DNA of 63,743 nt, the filler included, from Octopus bimaculoides (lineage: Eukaryota), in NCBI RefSeq assembly GCF_001194135.2. It is 5 parts of 5 records of this genome, joined end to end, with 100 filler letters (N's around TTAATTAATTAA, not from the genome) between each part and the next. Parts side by side here need not be neighbours in the genome. Positions count along the whole stretch, not along the records: positions 12,007 to 23,858 come from NC_068985.1; positions 23,959 to 54,837 come from NC_068981.1; 3 more parts are not named here. The stretch is one strand, 5' to 3'. This document shows positions 13,261 through 25,209 of this stretch, piece by piece (positions within the stretch are counted from its first letter, which is position 1; each line of letters begins with the position of its first letter). The notes beneath the pieces are model-generated. The model ran no database searches, was not told where the DNA came from, and was given only the letters and a program-made list of their open reading frames with translations. The position numbers and the translations under genes are program-made.

Positions 13261-13865
13261 TTGGGGATCCGGCAAATCCATGGGCTGCCCCGGGTGGCAC
13301 ACACTTTAGCTATATCACTGCGTTCACCACTGTATAAACACAAGGAAACATATTTCTTTTCGAACCCAACGGCCTTACGTCCACATCCATGTAGAAACCA
13401 CATTCTCACATATTTTCCCTTTTCTCTCTCCAGATTAATGAAAATGCCTTACTGAATTAATGCTGTTGACCTTACCATTTCGTTCTCGTGCGGAGCTATC
13501 CATAGGGCAGCATACTAGATACACATACTGTAGGAACTCCCATATGTAATACAACGAGTTGAAAAACTGCGATTTACTGCAATTATCTCTGTAATTAGTA
13601 AGATAAAACTCTCTCTTTGAGTGTTTAAAATCGAAACGCAAGAGATGTCAGCTGGTCTAAATTTGGGAGAAATAAAGGGAGATGGGGGATAGTCTCGTAA
13701 AAGCAATGAACGTGTCTTACAGAACTGTATCCTGTCCTTTAAGTGACATGATAATTTGTCTCATTTACTCGCGCAAGAGATTATTCGTCAGTAATAGGGT
13801 AAGAAAATTATATACGAATGGACATCCATACTTATAAATATCGCGCTTTTTAACTATTTTGTAAA

Positions 13866-13924
13866 TTCCGGAAGTTGTTTACAATCTGCTGTTATGGCTT
13901 CTGTTGTAACTTGACATCGTATGT
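13866..13924 (+). promoter_or_regulatory. putative METTL15 proximal promoter/5'UTR: ETS motif CCGGAAGT (13868-13875) and candidate 5'UTR donor C|GTATGT (13919)
   Basis: Motif match about 90 bp upstream of the ATG. ETS sites are typical of housekeeping promoters. Inference only. Confidence 0.4.
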
Positions 13925-13966
13925 CATTCAATTTATATCACTCCTTAATGTTACATTTTCAATATT

Positions 13967-14155
13967 ATGCATCAAACTGTTATAGGCTTTTGTTTACGGC
14001 TTCAGCGACCGTTGAATTTCAAGCTGTTGCCAAATTATCGTTTCTGCTCCACCGAGCACGTGCGTCAAGTAAAGAAACCACAAACTACTAAAGGTTTTCA
14101 TATACCTGTGATGCTAAACGAGATACTGTCTATTTTGAATCCTCAAGAAGGACAG
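13967..14155 (+). CDS. METTL15: METTL15 coding exon 1 (presequence-like N-terminus plus HIPVMLNEIL motif)
   Basis: MHQTVIGFCLRLQRPLNFKLLPNYRFCST...HIPVMLNEILSILNPQEGQ matches the RsmH/METTL15 H-x-PVM motif. Donor CAG|gtgag, phase 0. Confidence 0.9.
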
Positions 14156-15590
14156 GTGAGAATTTTATTAATTTTACGTTACGATGATCACACGGAAATT
14201 GAAATTAACAAGGAAATGAAGGTCAACCGTTGTTTGTGTTTTCTTTATTTTGACTGATTACACGCGAAAACATACTGGCGATCTTGAAGTATAACGTACC
14301 GCTTTCACTTCCACAAAACTAGTTTTCGTTCAGTAATTTATTAGCTTTAATTGTTATTTACAGTCTCTCTCTCTCTCTCTCCCTCTAATATTTGAACATG
14401 ATGGTAGTCGCACATTTTAAAAGGCTATTTCTTTTCCATAAAATAAAGTATTCTGATTTGATTGCAACTTACTCATTTTAGTCTGCTACTAGTTGAACAT
14501 TGTTCCAAACTTTTTCTTAATATATGGCAACAATATTTTTTTCATTTTTGTAAACACTTACTATTAGAGCCTTCTTGATATCATTCATTTGTGAAAACTT
14601 AAAGGAAAGTTAAAGTTTTGGATATTGGAAACGGTGGATTTAAAATTATAGTATTGAATTGTTGTTGTTCAGCCCCTGGCCAACTCCAATCCTGTAGTCC
14701 TTTGATCAAATGCGTTCCAGCTCTGACCTTCTCGCATATTTAGAGTTATCTAGGACTTCATTATTTAATAACCCCTTCTCCCATTTCTTTTTTTAAGAAG
14801 CTGAAGGTGGTTTGGGGTGGGAAAGAGAGCTGGGTGCTATTTCTTGCAAAGAGAAAAACCCACTTAGTGGCCTCTTCAGAGACTATGTATATGTTTACGT
14901 ATGTACATATCATCTTCATCTTTTGACAAAATTATCCTCCATCTGCCGTGGGTGGCTTGACTTAATCTGACAGGTCCGAGGTCTGCTGTCTGCTTTGGTT
15001 TAGTTTCTACAGCTGGAAACCCTTCCTGATACCAACCACTTTACATAGTATACTGGGTGTTTTTTTCCTTATGGTACCAGCACTACTGAGGTTGCATTGC
15101 AAATTGCAAGACTAAGATCCCAAGTTGGGGTACAATAAAGAAGAAAGCAGCACTAAAATATGAAAGAAGGGGCCAGAATATGTTTCTGTAGTGGAGCTAT
15201 ATAGTTATTCACGTTATAGAAGTGAATGGGTACAGAATAGGAACTGTGGGTCGATAAAGGCTGCAAAGGTATGGGAGAGTAAGGGAGGATTAAAGACAGG
15301 GAATGGGTGAGGAATGACTGAAGAACATGGGTTGAAGAGTAATCATTTGTCAAGTGACCGACCAGCCTATCATGTTGTTACCCATTGCTGGTCACAATGT
15401 GCTTTTGCATTGTTTTAGCCTTCAAATGACGCCACCCTGCTGGTTAGGCAAGCAGCCCAACATTCCCACCCTGATTCAAAGGAGGACTGGAGCAATGTGA
15501 AATGAAGTGTTTTGCTCAAGAATGCAACACACCACCCAGTCAGAGAATCGAACCCATGATCATGAGCCTTCAATTATATATATATATATA

Positions 15591-15635
<45 letters not shown>

Positions 15636-15674
15636 GGCATCATCATCATTGTCATTGTCGTCTTCATTTAACAT

Positions 15675-17570
15675 CTGTGTCTCGGAGTGGTTGGCGTTAG
15701 GAAGGGGTTCCAGCTGTAGAAACTCTGCCAAATCAGATTGGAGCCTGGTGTAACCACCTGGTTCACCAGTCCTCAGTCAAATCGTCCAACCCATGCTAGC
15801 ATGGAAAGCGGACGTTAAATGATGATGATGATGATGTTCCATGCTGGCATGGGCTGGACAGTTTGACAGAATCCAACTAACCTGAAGGCTGTGCTAGTCT
15901 CCAGTGTCTGCTTAAGCAAGGTTTCTACAGCTAAATGCCCTTCCTGATGCCAACCACTTTATAGTGTATTGGGTGCTTTTATTATTGCACTACCATTAGT
16001 GGGGGTCACCAAGTGATTCACAAGATGAGACCAGTTCACAGAGTAGGAATACTGTATTGAGTGAGGTGGCTTTGTGCCAAGAATAGTGAGGCTAAAGTAG
16101 GAAAGAGGGATAGGAACAGGGGTCTGGCTGTAGAGGACATACATGGCTACCCCAGCAGGAAAGGGAGAGAAGATGGTGAAGAAGAGATATCAGGTTGTAT
16201 CCTCAAGGTACAAGAAAGTTAATAAAAAGAAAATAGGGGTTAAGAACTGAGGGTGGCTGGTGGGTAGGTAGAAGGATGAGTGAAGTGTCAGAGGGACAGA
16301 AGATGCAGAGACAATAGTCAGGTATTCATTATCATCATTTAGCGTCTGTTGTCCATGCTAGCATGGGTTTGACTGTTTGACCAGGGCTGGTAAGCTGGAA
16401 GACTGCACCAGACTCCAGTCTGATTTGGCATGGTTTCTACAGCTGGATGCTCTTCCTAACACCAACCACTCTGAGAGTGTAATGGGTGTTTTAATATGCC
16501 ACTGGCACAGGTGCCATTTGCGTAACACCGGTATCTGCCATGACTGCGATTTTGCTTGGCTTGATGAGTTTTCTTCTCAAGCACGACAATGCCAAAGGTG
16601 TCAGCCATTGCCTCCATGAGGCTCAACACTTGAAAGGAGTTTTTCATGTGCCACCAGCATCAGCCACTTTGCCTCCATGAGGCTTAATGCTCAAAAGGTG
16701 CTCTTTATGTGCCACGAGCACAGGTGCCACTTACATGACACCAGCATCAGCCACGACTACGATTTCACTTGGCTTGAACAGGTCTTCTCGAGCACAACAT
16801 ATTGCCAAAGGTCTCAGTCACTAGTCATTGCCTCTGTGAAGCCCAAATTTCACCACTCTCAGATATGAGAGGGTGTTCAGGTGGAAATGGACATTTAGTG
16901 TTAAAGGGTAATGTTGGGAGTGCACGATTGGTGGTAAGGTAAGTGGTTCCAAGAAGGCTTACTGGTCTGTTTTCATATAATTACAGCAGCTGAGCCATAG
17001 TGTCATAGTCAGAAGAGTGATGATGGGCTGGGTGTTACAAAGATGTTTGATTAAGAAGGTTTGACAGGTATTTGTTGGGTGCTTGGGAATAGACATTGAT
17101 GATAGGCTTTTAGGACCTCATCATCATCATCATCATTTAGTGTCCATTTTTCATGCTGGCATGGGTTAGATGGTTTGACTGAAACTGGTAAGCTGGAGAG
17201 CTGGAACAGGCTCTAGTCTGATTTTGGCTTGGTTTCTACAGCTGGATGCCCTTACTAATGCCGTAGTAGGTGTCATTTATGTGTCACCAGTATTGTCCAC
17301 ACCTATGATTTCACTTGGCCTGATGGGTCTTCTCAAGTGCAGCAAACAGCCAAGGGTCTTGATCATTTGTCATGGCTTCTGTGAGACCCAGCATTCGAAG
17401 CTCTTGCTTCACCACTTCATCCTATCTCTTCTTGAGTCTACCTCTTCCACAGGTCACCTTCACAGTCAGTGACTGGCACTTCTTGACACAGCTGTCCTCA
17501 TTCATACACATCACATGACTTTACCAATGCAGTCTTCTCTCTTGCACACCACACCTGATGCCTATAATGA
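15675..17570. mobile_element. cluster of RTE LINE 3'-end fragments with (CAT/ATG)n tails (about 15675-15835 +, 16330-16860 -, 17120-17570 -)
   Basis: Shared 3'UTR block gtttctacagctggatgcccttcctaacgccaacc and tail, as in the RTE copy at 22504-23140. Confidence 0.75.
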
Positions 17571-18530
17571 TACCTCGGTTTTGCTAAAATAAACAGGTCT
17601 CTCAAGCACAGCAAATTGCCATTTGAATCTGTTCATTTCACTGGCTGTGTGGTAAGAAGTTTGTTTCCCAACCATGTAGTTTCAGGTTCAGTCCCACTGC
17701 ATGGCACCTTGGGCAAGTGTTTTCTACTATAGCCTAGGGCCGACCAAAACCTTGTGAGTGGATTTGGTAGAGGGAAACTGAAAGAAGCCTGTCGTGTGTG
17801 TGTGTATATATATATATATATATTTTATATACATATGTATTTGTGTATCTGTGTTTGACCTCCCACTGATGTTGGTGTGTTTACGTCCCCATAACTTAGC
17901 AGTTTGGCAAAAGAAACCAATAAAATAAGTACTAGGCTTACAAAGAATAAGTCCTGGGGTAGATTTGTTCAACTAAAGGTGGTGTTCCAGCATGGCCGCA
18001 GTCAAATGACTGAAACAAGTAAAAGAGTAAATAACTCTTTATTTTACCATTTGATTAACTGCATGTGGTTTGGCCCTTTAACCCTTTTGGTAAAACCCAC
18101 CTGAGACTGCCCATTGGTCAATGATACAAACATCCTGTTTTAAAGTGATCTGCCATCAAAAATTCATGTTATTTATGGTCCAAACATTAGATTCATAAGC
18201 TTTTCTGTTATAGGCACAAGGCTTGAAATGTTGGGGAGGAGGCTAGTCAATTACATCGATGTCAATGCTAAGCTGGTACTTATTTCATAGACCCTGAAAG
18301 GATGAAAGGCAAAGTTGACTTCAACAGAATTTGAACTTAGAATGTTAAGAAGGATGAAATACTGCTAAGTACTTTGTCTTGTGTACTAACAATTCTACCA
18401 GCTCACTCCCTCAAACATGAGAGTAAAAATGACTAAATCATTTTACTAAGTTCTTCATTGTATTTAAAAAAAACTCCTGCTTAATTAAATATGCAGCCCA
18501 ATGAGTATTGTAGCAAAATTAGATGTATTA

Positions 18531-19119
18531 ACAAGTATATTCATCCTAGTGTTTTCCTGGAGTCATTACAAGCTCCCATAATTTGTTTGTGGGGAAATCT
18601 AACTGGAACACCTTTTCTTGTACACGACACTTACCCTCTCACCTCTGTTGAGTAGTACTGTGTACAGTCGTTGGAGAATGACATGTATGTGCATGTCTTG
18701 ACCATCATGAAGTCAATCCAGTATCAGTAATGACTAAGGTAGTGAACTGACAGAATCATTTGCACGCTGGGCTAAATGTTTAGTGGAATTTTGTCTGTCT
18801 TTACATTCTGGGTTCAAATTCCACCAAGGTCAGCTTTACTTTCATCCTTTTTCGAGGTCAATAAAATAAATACCAATTGAGCACTGGAGTCGATGTAATT
18901 GGCTTTTCCACTCCCGCAAAACTGCTGGTCTTGTGCCAAAATTTCAAACTGGTATTAGTAATGTCAGTTCATTGAAAAGCAGGTCTGATAAAATAATTGA
19001 GATACTAGAACTGAGGTAAGTGTCGTGTACAAGAAAAAGTGCTCCAGTTAGATTTCCCCACAAACAAGTTATGGGAGCTTGTAATGACTCCAGGAAAACA
19101 CTAGGATGAATATACTTGT
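18531..19119. repeat. 105-bp inverted repeat (arms 18531-18635 and 19015-19119, 3 mismatches, 379-bp spacer)
   Basis: Direct reverse-complement alignment. Arms do not resemble the other repeats in the window. Spacer contains a family A SINE. Confidence 0.92.
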
Positions 19120-19900
19120 AAAGAAGATATGGGGTATGGACAAAGAACTGCAAATAATCTAGATATTTTACAATATGGATTTCAGGAAAATAATCACTTT
19201 TTGTTCAGTAGATGCAAAGGATTAGTAAAGTTGAGAGTGCCTGAATAGATGTGACATGAGACCAGTGAGCCCCAAGTAGTGGAGGCCATTGTTGTTGTAG
19301 TAGCAAAGGAGGGGAGAGAGAGACAGCATGTCTGTGAGCCAGAGAGTGGTGGTGGGGTTTGCAACTTCATATTAATCACTTGTCTGACCTTTTAGTGGAT
19401 GTGGTCAAAGATGATGGAATGTGTAGTACACCATTATGTGTGTCACCTGAGCTTTGTTGAGGGAGCAGTATTTCATTGTTTCATCTGAGCACTGTAGAGG
19501 GTTTGTAGTTGCTGAGAACTAAAGTATTTTCAGGCCCCTGAGAGAAAGGCGAGTTTTTGATATCTAAATAATGAAGTTACACTAAATGTAAAACATCTTG
19601 GTAGTTAGACATAATACATGGAGGTGCATGGCTTAGTGGTTATAATGTTGGACTCGTGATCATAGGATTATGGTTTTGATTCCTGGACTGGACAATGTGT
19701 TTTGTTTTTGAGCAAAACATTTCATTTCACATTGCTTTAGTTCACTCAATTAGCAAAAATTAGTAATATTGATGACTCAGTTACATTTTGTTTTCAGTGA
19801 TCAAATGGATGGATTGTATGACTGAATCAAGCACCAGGGCTGAGAAGTGTAGATGTTGGTCACACTATTAATCCCAGTTGGTTGGGATTGGTTGTTATAG

Positions 19901-20390
19901 GCGCGGGAGTGGCTGTGTGGTAAGTAGCTTGCTTACCAACCACATGGTTCTGGGTTCAGTCCCACTGCGTGGCACCTTGGGCAAGTGTCTTCTACTATAG
20001 CCTCAGGCCGACCAAAGCATTGTAAGTGGATTTGGTAGACGGAAACTGACAGAAGCCTGTCATATATATGTATNNNNNNNNNNNNNNNNNNNNNNNNNNN
20101 NNNNNNNNNNNNNNNNNNNNNNNNNNNNNNNNNNNNNNNNNNNNNNNNNNNNNNNNNNNNTATATGTATGTGTGTGTATATGTTTGTGTGCTTGTCCCCC
20201 CAACATCGCTTGACAACCGATGGTGGTGTGTTTACGTCCCTGTAAGTTAGCGGTTCGGCAAAAGATACCGATAGAATAAGTACTAGGCTTCCAAAGAATA
20301 AGTCCTGGGGTCGATTTGCTCGACTAAAGGCAGTGCTCCAGCATGGCCGCAGTCAAATGACCGAAACAAGTAAAAGAGAGAGAGAGAGTA
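19901..20390 (+). mobile_element. near full-length tRNA-type SINE (family B; ggcgcgggagtggctgtgtggtaag...ccttgggcaagtg...gtaaaagag tail)
   Basis: A/B-box-like head, internal microsatellite, conserved tail. Other copies or fragments at 12480-12610, 17638-18030, 21311-21429(-), 22220-22385(-), 24925-25105, 46375-46440, 54938-55030(-), 57420-57780. Confidence 0.85.
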
Positions 20391-21149
20391 ACCACATTGA
20401 AGAATGATGAGAGATAATAAATAAAGATCAAACGAAAGAATGCAGTATTAATTAACAAGCATATGCATTGACTTTTACAAAATTAAAATTATACTCCTTT
20501 TGCATTACCATAAAAATTGTCAAACAATATTGATACAGGGGTTAATAAATCATGATTTAAAACCATAAACCATGTAGTACACAGCATGAGAAAATCATCA
20601 TACTTCATAGGTATTTGTTTACATACCAAGTAGAAATGTTTACCAGGATGTCAGCAGAATTGACAGAAGATAATTTGATCAGTGCTATCAAATATTTGTA
20701 TTATTGTATTGACACAGGCTGTGTGGTTAAGAAGTTTGCTTCCCAACCACATAGTTTTGGGTTCAATCATACTGTATGGTGCCTGGGCCACCTAAGGCCA
20801 ACCAAACTCAACCAAAAACTGAAAAAAGCCTGTTGTGTATGTGTCCTTGCCATCACACGATAGTTGTGAGTGTCATATAAGCAGTGTCGCTAGAAGGTCA
20901 TCCAGACAAAGAAAATCTGTCTCAACAAATTCCATCTGACCCATGCACGCATGGTAAAGTGGACGTTAAAACAAGGAGGAGGAGGAGGTTTGTCCTGTCA
21001 TGTTACTGCTTTTTTTCTATTCTTGTCAACTCATACTTTATTCTTCTTTTAGTAAAATCTCTTCTTTTTCCCAATCATTATGCAGCACTTGCTGCTAGCT
21101 TTCTTGTGTTTTTCTGCAATTCTTGAATTTGCTTTTACTTTTTTTCTAG

Positions 21150-21289
21150 GTGATTCTTGACATGACCTTTGGTTGTGGAGGCCACAGTCGAGAGATTCTA
21201 CAAAAGGCACCCCAACTGAAAAAATTAATAGTTTTAGATCGCGATCCCTTAGCACATGAAATTGCTTTGGACTTTGCAAACGAATTTAG
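21150..21289 (+). CDS. METTL15: METTL15 coding exon 2 (SAM-binding motif I)
   Basis: VILDMTFGCGGHSREIL...LIVLDRDPLAHEIA matches the RsmH DxTFGxGGH and DRDP motifs. Acceptor ttttttctag, donor AG|gtgaga. 140 nt, phase 0 to 2. Too short for the ORF track. Confidence 0.93.
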
Positions 21290-22179
21290 GTGAGATATTT
21301 TCTTTCTTTTTCTTTAATTTGTTTCGGTCATTTGACTGCGGCCATGCTGGAGCACTGCCTTTAGTCGAGCAAATTGACCCCAGGAATTATTGTTTGTAAG
21401 CCTAGTACTAATTCTATCGGTCTCTTTTGTCAATATTTTGTCAGGGTGTCAATATTTAGCCTGTTTGACATTGGGAAATATCCAGAACAGGAATATGCTT
21501 GAAAATTTGTAATTTGAATTTCTTGGTGTGCAAACAAGAAGAGGTTTCCTCTCTTCTGCTTACACAGTTGACAGATAGAATCAATATTCTGGCCTTTTTG
21601 GCAATACACAAGTTACATTTGCTGCCTATTGCATCTATACTCAACTCGATTGAGAGTTTTCAATCACGTAAGCTTTCAAATGCCAAATGTATTTTGATGA
21701 GGTGGAATTATGCTTATTTTTTTGCCTGAATGAAACATGCTGTCTGAATTGGACCTTGAACAAGTCTTAAGATGAATATATATTTTTTCCTTACTGTCTG
21801 GAGCCTGGTGTTGCCATCCGGTTTCACCAGTCCTCAGTCAAATCGTCCAACCCATGCTAGCATGGAAAGCGAACGTTAAATGATGATGATGATGATGATG
21901 ATATATATATATATATATATATATATTCATTTGTTTTTAAGATAATTTTTCCATGCATTAATTCTTTGAGATATTGTTTTAGAGTCTGATATCCTTCCTG
22001 ATGCTTATCCTCACCTGTAGTTCAAGTAAGGGTTCTTTTATTCTTTACGTCTATAAAAATGCAAAGTCAACAGGTGATTTATTGACAAGGAGAACAACAA
22101 CAGTATAACCATTTGCAGCTCAGTGTTTTTGGGAGAAATGCAAATGTAAGCAAACACACACGCACGTGCACACACGCAT

Positions 22180-22228
<49 letters not shown>

Positions 22229-22503
22229 AGACTTCTTAGTTTTCATTTACTAAATCAACTGACAAGGCTTTGATCAACCTGGAACTGTAGTAGAAAACAC
22301 TTGTCCAAGGTGCCACACAGTGAAACTGAACCCAAAATTACATGATTAGGAAGCAAACTTCTTAATCACAGAACCACGCCTGGAATTATCTACATAAATT
22401 CTTCTTACCCTGCTTTTTTCTTCCAAAAAAACTATCATCATTGTTATAATGTCCTTTAACCTTTTTATTATCATATTTCTGTTGATATATTTGTTTCAAT
22501 TAA

Positions 22504-23140
22504 TCATCATCATCATCGTTTAACGTCCGCTTTCCATGCTAGCATGGGTTGGACGATTTGACTGAGGACTGGTGAAACCGGATGGCAACACCAGGCTCCA
22601 GTCTAATTTGGCAGAGTTTCTACAGCTGGATGCCCTTCCTAACGCCAACCACTCAGAGAGTGTAGTGGGTGCTTTTACGTGTCACCCGCACGAAANNNNN
22701 NNNNNNNNNNNNNNNNNNNNNNNNNNNNNNNNNNNNNNNNNNNNNNNNNNNNNNNNNNNNNNNNNNNNNNNNNNNNNNNNNNNNNNNNNNNNNNNNNNNN
22801 NNNNNNNNNNNNNNNNNNGCATCTCATGTGCCACCCGCACAAGAGCCAGTCCAGGGGCACTGGCAACGATCTCACTTGGCTTGCCGGGTCTTCTCACGCA
22901 CAGCACATTTCCAAAGGTCTCGGTCAGTAGTCATCGCCTCGGTGAGGCCCAATGTACGAAGGTCTTGCCTCACCACCTCAGCCCAGGTCTTCCTGGGCCT
23001 ACCTCTTCCACGGGTTCCCTCAACTGTTAGGGAGTGGCACTTTTTCACGCAGCTATCCTCATCCATTCTCACCACATGTCCATACCAGCGCAATCGTCTC
23101 TCTTGCACACCACAACTGATGCTTCTAATGTGGTGTGCAA
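22504..23140 (-). mobile_element. RTE-clade LINE 3' end (ORF C-terminus, 3'UTR, (ATG)n tail)
   Basis: RRLRWYGHVVRMDEDSCVKK...RGRGRPRKTW is the RTE C-terminal signature. Other 3'UTR copies at 21790-21900(+), 23696-23857(+), 62275-62650(-). Confidence 0.9.
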
Positions 23141-23387
23141 GCACATTAGATTAATGTTGAAAATAATGAAAAATTTAGTAAAAATAACTTTGTTACTATT
23201 ATTAAGCTAATGCTTGGAACAATAACAAGAAAAGCTTAAATTTAGATGACTTTGAAACAGAAAGTTTATATCATAGAACTAAGGTTGGTCTCTGGCAGGT
23301 TGGTATCAAAAGGGTTTATTGAACAAATGAAAAATTAATTACCCTATTTGTTCCACATCATTTCCTTTACATTTTCTGTCTTTCCAG

Positions 23388-23582
23388 CCAGTGTAAGATA
23401 CTCCCTTTGTTAGGAACATTCGAAGATTTGCCACATCTGCTGCAACAACATCAAGTGCCAACAAACTCCATCCATAGTGTTCTTCTTGATGCAGGAACAT
23501 CATCTATGCAATATAGTGCTGCAAATCGAGGCTTTTCTCTCAGTCTCAATGGTAATTTGGATATGAGAATGGATGGATTAAG
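23388..23582 (+). CDS. METTL15: METTL15 coding exon 3
   Basis: LLGTFEDL...VLLDAGTSSMQYSAANRGFSLSLNGNLDMRMDG matches METTL15 DLGxSSMQ...RGFS...PLDMRMD. Acceptor gtctttccag, phase 2 in completes AG+C. Donor AG|gtttgg. Confidence 0.93.
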
Positions 23583-23973
23583 GTTTGGATTAATTTAGCT
23601 TGTATTTTGATGTGTTTCTTCTTTCCAAACATTTATATTCTTGAAACTATTTTGGATATTTTCTAAGATTAGTTTATTTAATTTCTATAGGCAGTACTAC
23701 ACTCTCGGAGTGGTTGACGTTAGGAAGGGCATCCAGCTGTAGAAACTCTGCCAAATCAGATTGGAGCCTGGTGTAGCCATCTGGTTTCACCAGTCCTCTG
23801 TCAAATCGTTCAACCCATGCTAGCATGGAAAGCGGACGTTAAATGATGATGATGATGTNNNNNNNNNNNNNNNNNNNNNNNNNNNNNNNNNNNNNNNNNN
23901 NNTTAATTAATTAANNNNNNNNNNNNNNNNNNNNNNNNNNNNNNNNNNNNNNNNNNNNTATATATGTATATCC

Positions 23974-24752
23974 TTAGGCCTTAGTCCATCCCGCGTCTTG
24001 TGGCGCATTGAGCTGACTACAATCTCCACTGATCTCTATCGGCAGCCTCAGTCTCGATGTTTTCACATTTTCTGTTTACTCCTGCTGCCTGTTTGAACGA
24101 TCTGCGCCATGTTGTTTTTGGTCTTCCTCTCTTTCTCTTTCCGCTAGGTGGTTCACATCTAAATGCTGTTTTGGCGTGCCGTTGGTCTGGCATGCGGAAA
24201 ATCTGCCCGGCTAGTCTCATTCTTCTCTCTGCCACGATGTCTTCCAACTTTCTTGCAACCTTCTTGCAATCTTCAATATTTTCCGCAAGTACCTATGATG
24301 GAATACATCCGGTTTCTTGGATATTGTTGATGTTATTTTCCAGATTTCGCTGACATACAGTGCTGTTGGTAACACGATGGTGCTTTATAGACGCAGTTCT
24401 ATTTTCAAATCAATGCTTTTATATGCCCAGATTTTCCCCCATCTTTCTGAAAAAATTGCTGCAGCCTTGCCAACTCTCACTTTGACATCACTATCTGCTC
24501 CTCCTTCACTGGTTAGTACGCTGCCTAGGTATGAGAATCTAGTAAAATCTTCAACTGGCTGATTTACAACTGTTATTTTTACATCGCTTTGTTTGTCCTC
24601 TACTCATAGTTGCAAAACCTTGGTCTTTTCATAACTGATTCTGAGACCAATTTTACTAGCTGTTTCTGCAAGATTTGTTGTCAGTGGCTGCAGTCCTTCT
24701 CTCGATTCTTCCAGAAATGAAATGTCATCAGAAAAGTCAAGGTCAGCCAACC
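23974..24752 (-). mobile_element. second RTE-clade LINE, decayed RT domain and C-terminus
   Basis: [13 protein letters not shown] (YADD-equivalent), IGLRISYEKTKV, RMRLAGQIFRM...GKRKRGRPKTTW. ctaaggcctaagg-type tail. Confidence 0.85.
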
Positions 24753-24823
24753 GTTGTTGTTGGTGGTTTTGTTGATGGTTTTGTTGATGCTGCTGATGTT
24801 GTCTTTGCTGCTGTAGTTGCCAT

Positions 24824-24909
<86 letters not shown>

Positions 24910-25160
24910 GTATATATATTTATTTGTCTTTGTGTGTCTGTGCTTGTCTCCCAACATCGCTTGACAACCGATGCTGGTGTGTTTACGTCCCCGTAACTTA
25001 GCTATTCCGCAACATAATCCGATAGTATAAGTACTAGGCTTACAGAGAATAAGTCCTGGGGTCGATTTGCTCAACTAAAGGCGGTGCTCCAAACTGGCCG
25101 CTGTCAAATGACTGAAACAAGTAAAATGGTATATATATATTTCGTTTTCCCTCAACATAA

Positions 25161-25209
<49 letters not shown>

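Noticed and set aside
13264-13295. BamHI, NcoI and SmaI sites clustered next to the inverted exon copy
   Set aside because: No other polylinker or vector features. Expected occasionally in a GC-rich patch.
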